Assembly (NCBI GenBank): GCA_051439425.1
Contig: JBFRWD010000003.1
Location: forward strand, 1-36,080
Direction: 5' to 3'
Length of the DNA: 36,080 nucleotides
DNA from: Synechococcus sp.
GTDB taxonomy: Bacteria > Cyanobacteriota > Cyanobacteriia > Thermostichales > PCC-7336
Positions 10,546 through 19,640 of the stretch are shown in pieces; the first letter of the stretch is position 1; every line of letters begins with the position of its first letter. The position numbers and the translations under genes are program-made. Under the pieces are notes generated by a model. It was given only the letters and a program-made list of their open reading frames with translations. It had not been told where the DNA came from and made no database searches.

Positions 10546-11071
10546 CTGGCTGGCTGACGGACGGAAGTGGTTGAAAGCCAGTCACTACGGTATTTAGAAT
10601 AAAAAGGCAAAGAGACATGGGAGGCTAGAGCTAACCCAGCCAAGCCTCACAAGCATGCCAAACTCTGCCCCCCTCTTCAATCAACTTTTGAAGCTTCTCC
10701 GTCAGTCCATTCGCTACAAGGACTTACGGCATCTCAAAGCCCTAGCCTGGATGGTGAATGCCTTGATTTGTACGGGGCAACTGAATCTCCCCGCTTGGAA
10801 GCCCTATGTCAGCAGCCGTGCCCAACAAGCCCAAAGCTTCGAGCGTCGCTGGCGATGGGGAATGAGCTATCTCAAAATTGGTCTGCGCTGGCTCAGAGGT
10901 GTTGGCCATGAAGGTCGCCAGCTTCTCGCTCCCGTGCCCCTTCTACCTCAACACCCACAGCCCTGCTTTGCTTCACACAAGGCTGAGCACGAGCACTATG
11001 ACCAGATTTGGTTTTCTCGCATTCGCTCTCTACGCTTTCAGACTTGAGATAGAGATATGTCAGGCAGGCAG
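10546..11071 (+). mobile_element. Internally deleted, non-autonomous 526-bp copy of the same IS4-family element; 130-aa remnant ORF at 10655-11047
   Basis: Ends CTGGCTGGCTGAC / GTCAGGCAGGCAG. Lacks 777 bp relative to copy 1, joined at a CTGGC microhomology. Confidence 0.9.
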
Positions 11072-11931
11072 GTCAACTCCTCCTTAAGAGTTAAAGGACG
11101 ATAACCCATATCAAATGCCTTGCTGCTATCCATAGAAACATCGGGTGATCGTGGTGCCAGCATAGAGACATCCGCCTGTTTCGCCGGCCTAATATGCTCT
11201 GTCGATAACTGCAGGATATCGGCCACTAGCAAGCCAAACTCGTAGCGAGAAACTCTTTCTTTTCCTCCTAAGTTAAGAATCCCCTGAAATTGTTTCTCGA
11301 TCGCCAACAACAACCCCTGAGAGGCGGCCCTCGCACTCACAGGAGTGCGAAACTCATCCACAAATAAATTCATTGCTGTCCCTTCTTTCAAATTCTTAAC
11401 TACTCCCTGAAGAAAAGTAGGAGATATAGGAGAAGGAGGCCCGAACATCGTGGGCATTCTGCAGATCGAGATCGCCGGATTCACCTCAAGCATTTTTTGC
11501 TCGGCGATCACCTTGTGCTCCCCATACACATTAATCGGGCACACCGAATCGTCCTCCGTGTAGGGCGCATTCTGGCCGTCGAATACTAAATCCGTAGACG
11601 TAAATGCCAGAGGAATCTGACGCTCTCCACATAGCCGAGCAATATTTACTGAAGCCGAAACGTTAATGGCAAAAGACTCTTCTGGATTCGCTTGGCAAAA
11701 ATTCGGCTTGGATGCCGCCGCCGCATGAATCACAGCATCTGGATTGAGCATCTCAAATAATCGTTCTAACTCACTGGGATTAGTTAGATCGCACTTGAAT
11801 ACGCTAGCCCCATCGAGCGGCACCGCATGACTGAAATACGTTCCGAATACCGACCAGCTTGATTGTGCCACATAACACAGATTCCACCCTAAAAAACCAC
11901 TTGCTCCCGTGACCAACAATCGATTCATCAT
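11038..11931 (-). CDS. NAD(P)-dependent SDR oxidoreductase, RmlD (dTDP-4-dehydrorhamnose reductase)-like; last 10 aa are IS-derived
   Basis: LVTGASGFLG, STDLVFDG, YGEHK (YxxxK) and DEFRTP motifs. Confidence 0.88.
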   Translation of the reverse strand: MMNRLLVTGASGFLGWNLCYVAQSSWSVFGTYFSHAVPLDGASVFKCDLTNPSELERLFEMLNPDAVIHAAAASKPNFCQANPEESFAINVSASVNIARLCGERQIPLAFTSTDLVFDGQNAPYTEDDSVCPINVYGEHKVIAEQKMLEVNPAISICRMPTMFGPPSPISPTFLQGVVKNLKEGTAMNLFVDEFRTPVSARAASQGLLLAIEKQFQGILNLGGKERVSRYEFGLLVADILQLSTEHIRPAKQADVSMLAPRSPDVSMDSSKAFDMGYRPLTLKEELTCLPDISLSQV

Positions 11932-12243
11932 GTCCAACCCAGCCTCCTTCAACTGCCAGCATTCCAAACTTGAACGCTGGGTTCAAGCAACGTTGTCTCC
12001 ACAGCACCCGAGCGCTCTCAATAGAGGTCTCGCATAGCAACCCAGAGGACAGGGAATGTTAAAAGCGAGAAACTGCCAGCTCTCACCTAGAACGTGCCTG
12101 CGTTGACTGCTAATTGACCCTGGTGAGATTTTGTCGCTCCAATTGGTCATGAGAACGGTTTTTGCACAGTCCGTGGCTGCACTGCAGACAGATGTAAACA
12201 GGTGAGCTTGAATCAATACAGTAACCAAACTCTCAATGGTTTC

Positions 12244-14025
12244 ATGCCCTTCGAACGCTTCGACTCCCTAACAGCCGAGGTACTCATTGTTGACGACGAT
12301 CGCGTCAACCGGATGGCATTAGCCAGAATTTTGCAAAAGGCAGGCTACACCGTCCGAGAGGCTGAAAACGGACAAGTGGCGCTTCAACATGTGGCAGAGC
12401 AGCCACCCAACGCGATCGTTTTGGACATCAACATGCCCGTACTGGGTGGGTTCGAAACATGCAGCGCCCTTAAATCCGATCTGGCGACTCAGCACATTCC
12501 AGTCATCTTCATTAGCACGCTCGAAGACGTCAGCGATAAAGTCAGAGCCTTTGATGCAGGTGGGAGTGACTACATCACCCGTCCCTTTCAGCCCCAAGAA
12601 GTACTGGCCCGTGTCGCCAGCCAAATCGCCTTGCAGCGCCAACAACAAGCGTTGCAGGACTGGAACAAACTGCTGGAGCGCCAAGTCAAAGAGCGAACCC
12701 AAACCTTAGAGCATATGGCGCTCTACGATAGCTTGACTGAATTGCCCAACCGCTTGCACTTGTTGCAAGAACTGACCCGTAGAGTACAGGAAATCGAACA
12801 ACAGCAAGAATACGGATTTGCCTTGATTGCCATCGACTGCGATCGCTTCAAAGTAATCAACGATTCTTTGGGACACAGCGAAGGAGACAAAATCCTGAAA
12901 GCAATTGGCAGTCGCCTGCGAACGCAGCTACCAGACTCCGTATTTCTGGCTCGTCTGGGAGAAGATGAATTTGGCGCCATTGTCAGCAATACAACGACGG
13001 TCAAAAAAGTCTTAGACATCTTACGGACGATTCGGGTCATCTTGGCACGTCCTTTCGAACTGCAACCCAGAGAGGTTTTTATTGATTTTTGTGCGGGAAT
13101 CACTTTCGGACGCGCGCCCCTCTCTAATCCTGAAATCCTGATGAGAGAAGCCGACGCGGCCATGTATGAGGCTAAGCGGATGGGGCCTGGCAGCACCAAA
13201 CTATTTGAGACCTCAATGCACAAGCTAGCTAGCGATCGCCTCTATGTCGAAAATGACTTACGCCAAGCCATTGCCAAAGACGAACTTGAACTGTATTACC
13301 AACCGATTGTGTCCCTACGCAGTGGCGATATTGCCGGATTTGAAGCCTTGGTGCGCTGGAACCATCCTGAACGGGACATGTCCCCAGCAGAGTTTATCCC
13401 GGTGGCCGAAGAAACTGGGACAATTTCCCGAATTGGGCTATGGAGTTTGCGGAAAGCCTGTCAGCAGTTACGGGAATGGCAGGCCGATCGCGAGCAACCG
13501 CTGTCCATGAGCGTTAATATTTCGGCTCGACAGCTCACCCATTCCCATCTACTCGATCGAATCGATCACCTGCTTGCCTCAACCCCCCTCAACGGCGGGC
13601 AATTGAAGCTAGAACTGACCGAAAGTGCCTTGATGGTCAATCCTGAATCAGCCCGACGCCTGTTGCAGGAGTTGCGAGAGCGGGATATTCAACTGTGTTT
13701 GGATGATTTTGGCACCGGCTACTCGTCCATGAGCTACCTACAAAAACTCCCCCTCAATACCCTCAAAATCGACCAGTCGTTCGTGCGCGAAATGGGCACC
13801 CCCGGTGGCAATCCTGCCATCGTGCAAGCCATTGTCACCCTGGCACACAGCCTTGGTATGAGTGCGATCGCTGAAGGGGTTGAAAGTGCCGAGTTAATGC
13901 ATCAATTGCAAACGATGGGGTGCGAGTACGGCCAGGGATATTTCTTTGGCAAACCTCTGAATGCGGCTGAAACAAGTGAGTTGTTGGAACGGAAAATGAA
14001 TTGGTTGGGAGAAGGGGAGGCATAG
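12244..14025 (+). CDS. Response regulator with REC-GGDEF-EAL domains (probable c-di-GMP phosphodiesterase)
   Basis: LIVDDD and LDINMP (REC); YDSLTELPNR and RLGEDEF (variant GGDEF); FEALVRW, LDDFGTGYSS, AEGVE and GQGYFF (EAL). Start uncertain (12202 or 12244). Confidence 0.93.
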   Translation: MPFERFDSLTAEVLIVDDDRVNRMALARILQKAGYTVREAENGQVALQHVAEQPPNAIVLDINMPVLGGFETCSALKSDLATQHIPVIFISTLEDVSDKVRAFDAGGSDYITRPFQPQEVLARVASQIALQRQQQALQDWNKLLERQVKERTQTLEHMALYDSLTELPNRLHLLQELTRRVQEIEQQQEYGFALIAIDCDRFKVINDSLGHSEGDKILKAIGSRLRTQLPDSVFLARLGEDEFGAIVSNTTTVKKVLDILRTIRVILARPFELQPREVFIDFCAGITFGRAPLSNPEILMREADAAMYEAKRMGPGSTKLFETSMHKLASDRLYVENDLRQAIAKDELELYYQPIVSLRSGDIAGFEALVRWNHPERDMSPAEFIPVAEETGTISRIGLWSLRKACQQLREWQADREQPLSMSVNISARQLTHSHLLDRIDHLLASTPLNGGQLKLELTESALMVNPESARRLLQELRERDIQLCLDDFGTGYSSMSYLQKLPLNTLKIDQSFVREMGTPGGNPAIVQAIVTLAHSLGMSAIAEGVESAELMHQLQTMGCEYGQGYFFGKPLNAAETSELLERKMNWLGEGEA

Positions 14026-14033
14026 AGGGTGGG

Positions 14034-14108
14034 ATTTGTCCTTAGTTTTTCGTCCTTAGTCTTTAGTAACGCTCACACCAATGACCAATGACTATTGACC
14101 AATAACCC
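14034..14108. repeat. Degenerate heptamer tandem repeats (STRR-like) between convergent genes
   Basis: TTTGTCC/TTAGTTT/TTCGTCC/TTAGTCT, then ACCAATG/ACCAATG/ACTATTG/ACCAATA. Confidence 0.55.
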
Positions 14109-14114
14109 TTCCCC

Positions 14115-14813
14115 TCACTCCACCAACCTCATATCCGCCGCCTCGGGGTCGAACCCAGCCGGAAACCGTGTCGAACGATCGTAGGTCGCATTGCGCAAAT
14201 TTGGCACGCTCGATAATGCATCCTGCAAATGCTCGCTGGCCAGATCGCTTCCCTGAATCAGTGCAGACACCAGTAGCCGTTGGGCGAGATCCCCTCTCTC
14301 TAGCCTCAACATTTCTTGAGGGGTTAAGTCCTCAAGCTCTTCCAGATCGACCCCTTCAGACACAGCATCTTGCAGTAGTTCGGTCCAGAGCGGCAAATCT
14401 TCTGCGATCGCACCCTGCAAATCGTCTTGCCCCCAGTTCACCTCGCGCAAATCGGCCCCTCTCAAGTTGGCCCGCGATAAATCGGCATAGCGTAAGTCCG
14501 CCTCTTTCAACATCGCGTTGCTGAGGTCGGCCCCTTGTAAGTCAGCACCAGAGAGAATGGCATAGCTTAAGTTGGCTCGACTGAGACGGGCATTGCGCAG
14601 GCGAGCATCGTGTAAATCGGCCGCTTGCAGCCGAGACCGATGCAGCTGGGCATCAATCAGGTTTGCTTCAGCTAAATCGCTGCCCTGCAATGCCGAACGA
14701 TTCAACCGACAGCCAGGACAACTCCCCGTTTGTTCTAGTTGTTTTACGTCCGACGAACAAGCCACTAACAGCATCAGCAGGGTAGTGGCGGGTAGCAGGA
14801 TGGCACGACGCAT
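14115..14813 (-). CDS. Pentapeptide-repeat lipoprotein
   Basis: Signal peptide with LLVAC lipobox, CPGC motif and A(D/N)LxX repeats. Confidence 0.85.
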   Translation of the reverse strand: MRRAILLPATTLLMLLVACSSDVKQLEQTGSCPGCRLNRSALQGSDLAEANLIDAQLHRSRLQAADLHDARLRNARLSRANLSYAILSGADLQGADLSNAMLKEADLRYADLSRANLRGADLREVNWGQDDLQGAIAEDLPLWTELLQDAVSEGVDLEELEDLTPQEMLRLERGDLAQRLLVSALIQGSDLASEHLQDALSSVPNLRNATYDRSTRFPAGFDPEAADMRLVE

Positions 14814-15057
14814 GATGCATCTCCAACAAGTTCCGATCTAACCCTAGCTCTTGCCTTCGTGGAGTCTTGAGGCGATCGCGGCGAAGCCTTTGCGGAGAAA
14901 GACAGTCTTTCTTGCCGAGTTCTTTACCCGTACATACGCGAGGGAGAAGTTATCGTTTTTCCCAACTGGCGATGAGAAGCATGATTGGACCGCATATCTG
15001 CTGACGGAACGCTATCCCTAACAGTAGATTAGTTCCCGATGCATCCGTTCTGAATGG

Positions 15058-15870
15058 TTGGGTTCGACAGTGTTGAGCACCAGACGCCAGTTTCTAATTG
15101 CAACCTCTTCCACAATGTTTGCAGGTTGCGCCGCAGTCTTGACCTCGCGCCCCCAACTTGCAACGTTGCTGGTGTCCGCTGCGGCTAGCTTGCAAGATGT
15201 CATGCAGGCGCTTGAGCCCCATGCCCGCAATTTTTTTCAGGAAATGGGGGTAGCAAACGTCTCTCTAACGTTCAACTTTGCGGGTTCGGGAACGCTTCAG
15301 CGTCAGATCGAACAGGGAGCCCCAACTGATGTGTTTGTGTCAGCGGCGGATAAACAGATGGATGCGTTACAAGTTGCCGGACTGTTGTTGAATAATTCGC
15401 GGCGCACTGTGGCCAGGAACCGTCTTGCTTTGATTGCGCCGCTATTTTCCGGTGGTGGACTAGAACTGAACACGTTCCGAGAGCTCGTCACCGATCGCAT
15501 TCGGACCATCGCGATCGCCCAACCGGATACGGTTCCTGCCGGTCAATACGCCCGAGAATCCCTGGCCCATCTCAATCTCTGGGAACAACTAACAGAGAAG
15601 CTGGTATTTGGAAGAGATGTTCGCCAAGTACTGTCGTATGTGGACACTGGAAATGTGGATGCGGGCTTGGTCTATGTCACCGATGCCACCCTTACTCAAC
15701 GAGTACGAGTGGTTGCCATTGCTGAAGCCTCCTGGCACGCTCCCATCAGCTACCCAGCGGCGGCGATCGCATCCAGCCGTCAGCCCGATCTCGCCCAAGC
15801 ATTTGTGGAGTTCCTCACCAGCCCAGAGGCTCTAACTGTATTCGAATCCCGAGGATTTGAAGCTCCCTAA
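15058..15870 (+). CDS. modA: Molybdate ABC transporter substrate-binding protein
   Basis: SAAASL, FAGSGTLQRQIEQGAP.DVFVSA, VPAGQYA and DAGLVY.TDA motifs. Confidence 0.93.
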   Translation: MGSTVLSTRRQFLIATSSTMFAGCAAVLTSRPQLATLLVSAAASLQDVMQALEPHARNFFQEMGVANVSLTFNFAGSGTLQRQIEQGAPTDVFVSAADKQMDALQVAGLLLNNSRRTVARNRLALIAPLFSGGGLELNTFRELVTDRIRTIAIAQPDTVPAGQYARESLAHLNLWEQLTEKLVFGRDVRQVLSYVDTGNVDAGLVYVTDATLTQRVRVVAIAEASWHAPISYPAAAIASSRQPDLAQAFVEFLTSPEALTVFESRGFEAP

Positions 15871-15904
15871 CTCCCCCAAAATCCAATTCCAGCAACCGCT
15901 TGCA

Positions 15905-17773
15905 ATGACCTTCAGTCTGGCTCCCCTGTGGATTTCGATAAAAACGGCCCTGGTTGCCACCGCGATCGCCGGAATTACTGGGATCGGCACCGCCAGATGG
16001 ATGTACGGGTTTCGGGGAAGCAGTCGCTGGTTGTGGGATGGACTGTTCACATTGCCCTTAGTCCTTCCACCTATTGTGACGGGCTTTCTCTTGCTGTTGC
16101 TCTTTGGGCGCAACAGCCCACTCGGGCAACTATTGAGTTTTTTAGGAATCCAAGTGATTTTTACGTGGACGGCACTGGTCATCGCCGCCACAGTCGTCGC
16201 CTTTCCATTGGCCTACAAAACTTCGCTAGCAGCATTCGAGCAGGTGGATGACACAACCATTGCTGCAGCCAAAACCTTGGGAGCCTCAAATCGGCGCATC
16301 TTCTTGCAAATACTCGTCCCTCTAGCCTGGCCCGGAATTGTTGCGGGCGTTGTGCTCGCGTTTGCACGGGCTTTGGGAGAGTTTGGGGCTACGGTCATGC
16401 TGGCAGGCAGCATTCCCGGTCGGACAGTGACGCTGCCGATCGCCATATACCTCGCGGCCGAAGGGGGACGCATGGGGCAGGCGATGGTCTGGACATTGGT
16501 AGCGGTGGGGGTGGCACTCGGCTCAATTGGATTGATTCACATTAGCGGAAGTGCCCGAGCAGATGTGGGGGCACGGGCCATTGCCCACTGGACTCGCCAG
16601 TGCGATCGTTGGTGGCATGACGTCGAATCTCAAGCATCTCAATTCGTCCGTTCTGCTCCGCACTCACAGCAACTGACGGACTGCACTGCTAGTACTCAAG
16701 CGTCAGCATCAAGTTTGTCGGCAACTCTTTTCAAACAGCTAGAATCCTTTCCCCTGTCGATTGCCCTCGACATTGGCGATCGCCCCTTCGGCATCTTGGG
16801 CCATTCGGGTTCGGGCAAGAGCATGACTCTCCGTTGCTTGGCTGGATTATCGACACCGGAGCGCGGCCGCATCGTTCTCAACGGACGGACGCTATTCGAC
16901 TCCGAGCAAGGCATCAATTTGCCCAGTCACCAGCGTCGCATCGGCATCGTCTTCCAAAGCTACGCCCTTTTCCCCCATATGACCGCAGCAGACAATATTG
17001 CATTTGGATTACAGGATCGATCCGTTCAAGAGCAAGCAAGTACCGCACATCACCTACTGTCCCTCCTGCAGCTCGATGGCCTGGAGCAGCGCTATCCCCA
17101 CCAACTCTCCGGCGGCCAACAGCAGCGGGTGGCCCTGGCCCGAGCGTTAGCGACATCCCCAGACGCCATATTATTAGACGAACCCCTATCCGCCCTCGAT
17201 AACTACCTGCGCAGCCAAATCGAGCAACTGCTGATTGATGTGTTTGCGAACTACGGTGGGTCCGTTATCTTCGTTACCCATAAGCTGGAGGAAGCCTACC
17301 GAGTCTGCGATCGCCTTATGGTGCTCGACGACGGACAAGTGTTAGCCAGCGGCCCAAAAGCAGATATATTCGAGCATCCCGGCCACTATCAAGTGGCTAA
17401 AGTCACCGAATGCAAGAACTTCTCGGCGATTGAAAATCATACTCCCCATTCCGTTACCGCCACCGACTGGAATATCGTTCTGACAGTCAAAGAGCACATA
17501 TCCGATCGCTGCACTCACATCGGAATTCGCGCCCATCACCTCACCTTCCGCGAGATGGAGGGAGACAACACCTTTCCCTGCTGGCTGGCCGGTACCAGCG
17601 AAATGCAGCACCGAGTGTCGCTATTTCTCAAACTACAAGCCCCACCTACTGGCCCAAAAGACTACCATCTGCGAGCAGAGCTGTACAAAGACCGATGGCG
17701 AGAACAGTGCGATCGCCCCTTCCCCTGGTACGTACACCTCGATCCACACCGCATTATGCCGCTGAGAACCTAA
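15905..17773 (+). CDS. modBC: Fused molybdate ABC permease / ATP-binding protein
   Basis: LPLVLPP.V.G and FARALGEFGAT (ModB), then Walker A GHSGSGKS, LSGGQQQRV and LLDEP (ModC). Confidence 0.92.
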   Translation: MTFSLAPLWISIKTALVATAIAGITGIGTARWMYGFRGSSRWLWDGLFTLPLVLPPIVTGFLLLLLFGRNSPLGQLLSFLGIQVIFTWTALVIAATVVAFPLAYKTSLAAFEQVDDTTIAAAKTLGASNRRIFLQILVPLAWPGIVAGVVLAFARALGEFGATVMLAGSIPGRTVTLPIAIYLAAEGGRMGQAMVWTLVAVGVALGSIGLIHISGSARADVGARAIAHWTRQCDRWWHDVESQASQFVRSAPHSQQLTDCTASTQASASSLSATLFKQLESFPLSIALDIGDRPFGILGHSGSGKSMTLRCLAGLSTPERGRIVLNGRTLFDSEQGINLPSHQRRIGIVFQSYALFPHMTAADNIAFGLQDRSVQEQASTAHHLLSLLQLDGLEQRYPHQLSGGQQQRVALARALATSPDAILLDEPLSALDNYLRSQIEQLLIDVFANYGGSVIFVTHKLEEAYRVCDRLMVLDDGQVLASGPKADIFEHPGHYQVAKVTECKNFSAIENHTPHSVTATDWNIVLTVKEHISDRCTHIGIRAHHLTFREMEGDNTFPCWLAGTSEMQHRVSLFLKLQAPPTGPKDYHLRAELYKDRWREQCDRPFPWYVHLDPHRIMPLRT

Positions 17774-17821
17774 ATCACGAGAGAGTCTCCACTCTCTACA
17801 GGAACGCAGCCCTGCAAAGGA

Positions 17822-18553
17822 TCACTTCACCACCGGCTTAGAACGCTTTTGTTTGGCCAGGGTTGTACTGGGGGCCACGGCAGTATCCAGAACAAGCTGA
17901 CCGGTAGGACACAAATCCAGTAGGAAGCAATCGGAGCAGCGAGGCTTGCGAGCATCGCACACCGCTCGTCCGTGATCGATCAACCGAATCGACCAATTCT
18001 CCCAATCGGGTTGGGGAATCAGCTTCATCAAGTCTTTTTCAATCCGGACCGGATCTTGAAATTTCGTCAGCTTGAGACGGTTGCTCAACCGCTTCACATG
18101 AGTATCTACTGTCACCCCGGCATTGATGCCATAAGCATGGGCCAGAACTACATTGGCTGTTTTGCGCGCCACCCCCGGCAACGTCAGCAATTCCGCCATC
18201 GTGCGCGGTACCTTGCCATTAAACTCTTTCACAATTTTTTGGCAGGCCCCCTGAATGTGCTTGGCCTTGTTGCGATAAAAGCCCGTTGAGCGGACGAGAG
18301 ATTCGATATCTTCGCGATCGGCCATCGCAAACGCTGGAGCATCTGGATAGTGGCGAAACAACTCTGGCGTCACCATGTTGACTCGCTTATCCGTACATTG
18401 AGCCGACAAGATGACGGCCACCAATAGCTGCAACGGCGTGCTGTAGGTCAACGCACAAGTGGAATCAGGATATTCCTGCTTCAGTCGCAGCAATATCTCC
18501 TGCGCGCGCAGCTTAGTTTTCGACGGTTGCCCCACTTCAACCCCCTGCCACAA
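17822..18553 (-). CDS. nth: Endonuclease III
   Basis: ILSAQCTD, HhH motif LPGVARKTA, VDTHV and C-x6-C-x2-C-x5-C [4Fe-4S] motif. Start uncertain. Confidence 0.95.
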   Translation of the reverse strand: MWQGVEVGQPSKTKLRAQEILLRLKQEYPDSTCALTYSTPLQLLVAVILSAQCTDKRVNMVTPELFRHYPDAPAFAMADREDIESLVRSTGFYRNKAKHIQGACQKIVKEFNGKVPRTMAELLTLPGVARKTANVVLAHAYGINAGVTVDTHVKRLSNRLKLTKFQDPVRIEKDLMKLIPQPDWENWSIRLIDHGRAVCDARKPRCSDCFLLDLCPTGQLVLDTAVAPSTTLAKQKRSKPVVK

Positions 18554-19640
18554 TGGACAGGGTGTCTTTCAGAATCAAGACAACTCCCAACCCCAACAAG
18601 AGCATCAGACCTGCCTGCATGACGCCATCTTCGACATTTTTGGGCAGGCGTCTGCCGCGTAATGCTTCTAGCAACAGAAAGATGAGATGGCCACCATCTA
18701 AAGCCGGTAAGGGCAGAATATTGATGATTGCCAAGTTGATACTGATCAGAGCGGCAAAGTTAAACAAGCTAGGGGAGTTATCGCGAGCTAAATCAGCGCC
18801 AATTTTGACAATCCCCACCGGCCCAGAAATTTGTCCGGCAGTGTTCTGAAAATTACCTAATAACTGACGGAATCCTTGAATATTCAGCCAAAAGATTCGC
18901 TGATAGGCGCTGTTCGATGCCGACAGAATCTCCCCGACTCCGTCGGGTGTCTCGAACACTAGCTCCTGGTTGGGGGCCAAATTAACCCCAATAACCGGAT
19001 TATCGGCCCCTTCAGGGATGGTCGGAACCACCTCTACCGTCTGGAGTGCGCCACCCTCTTCTCGCTGCAGCGTCACCGTCAACGGACGATCGGGATGGGT
19101 TCGCACTAGCGTCTGGAACTCACCGATCGCCCCATTCGCTGCTTCGCTGTCATCTACCAATCGAAAATCCGCGTCATTGACTTGCAAAATCACATCCCCA
19201 GGCTCAATACCTGCCACTTGGGCAGGACTGTTGGGAGCAACGTTGGGAATGAAAATTCCGGGATTGACTAGAGCCGGAGTGGGTACGCCGATCGCCACCA
19301 CCATCGTCAGCAGCACGATATACGCAAATACCAGATTGGCCAAAACCCCAGCAGACATGACAATAGCGCGATCGAACACCGGTCGATTGCGCAGCAAGTT
19401 GGGATCGTCGAGGGGGTAGGGACAGTCGGGATCGTCATCGGGAAAGCCGACGAATCCTCCGAGTGGAAGCGCTCGCAAAGCATATTCAGTTTCTTGGCCT
19501 TTGTAGCTCCACAGTACGGGGCCAAATCCAATCGAAAAGCGGTTGGCATGAATTCCCTGCAATCGTGCTGCAGCAAAGTGGCCCGCTTCATGAACCAGAA
19601 TCAACAGGGCCAAAATGCTGATGGATGCAAATATAAACAT
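18537..19640 (-). CDS. rseP: RIP metalloprotease RseP (site-2 protease with PDZ domain)
   Basis: HEAGH, FSIGFGP, PLGGFV and NILPLPALDGGH motifs. Confidence 0.95.
   Translation of the reverse strand: MFIFASISILALLILVHEAGHFAAARLQGIHANRFSIGFGPVLWSYKGQETEYALRALPLGGFVGFPDDDPDCPYPLDDPNLLRNRPVFDRAIVMSAGVLANLVFAYIVLLTMVVAIGVPTPALVNPGIFIPNVAPNSPAQVAGIEPGDVILQVNDADFRLVDDSEAANGAIGEFQTLVRTHPDRPLTVTLQREEGGALQTVEVVPTIPEGADNPVIGVNLAPNQELVFETPDGVGEILSASNSAYQRIFWLNIQGFRQLLGNFQNTAGQISGPVGIVKIGADLARDNSPSLFNFAALISINLAIINILPLPALDGGHLIFLLLEALRGRRLPKNVEDGVMQAGLMLLLGLGVVLILKDTLSIVAGG

Larger units (their letters stand above)
7449..11071 (+). mobile_element. Composite transposon: two directly repeated IS4-family copies around a 1.8-kb cargo
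   Basis: 9-bp direct repeat GTCAACTCC at 7440-7448 and 11072-11080 flanks only the outer ends. The interrupted gene rejoins in frame across the element. Confidence 0.85.

Noticed and set aside
14814..15057. Molybdenum-cofactor riboswitch or ModE box before modA
   Set aside because: No recognisable consensus seen.
15905..17773. modB-modC fusion as a novelty
   Set aside because: This fusion is already known in cyanobacteria.
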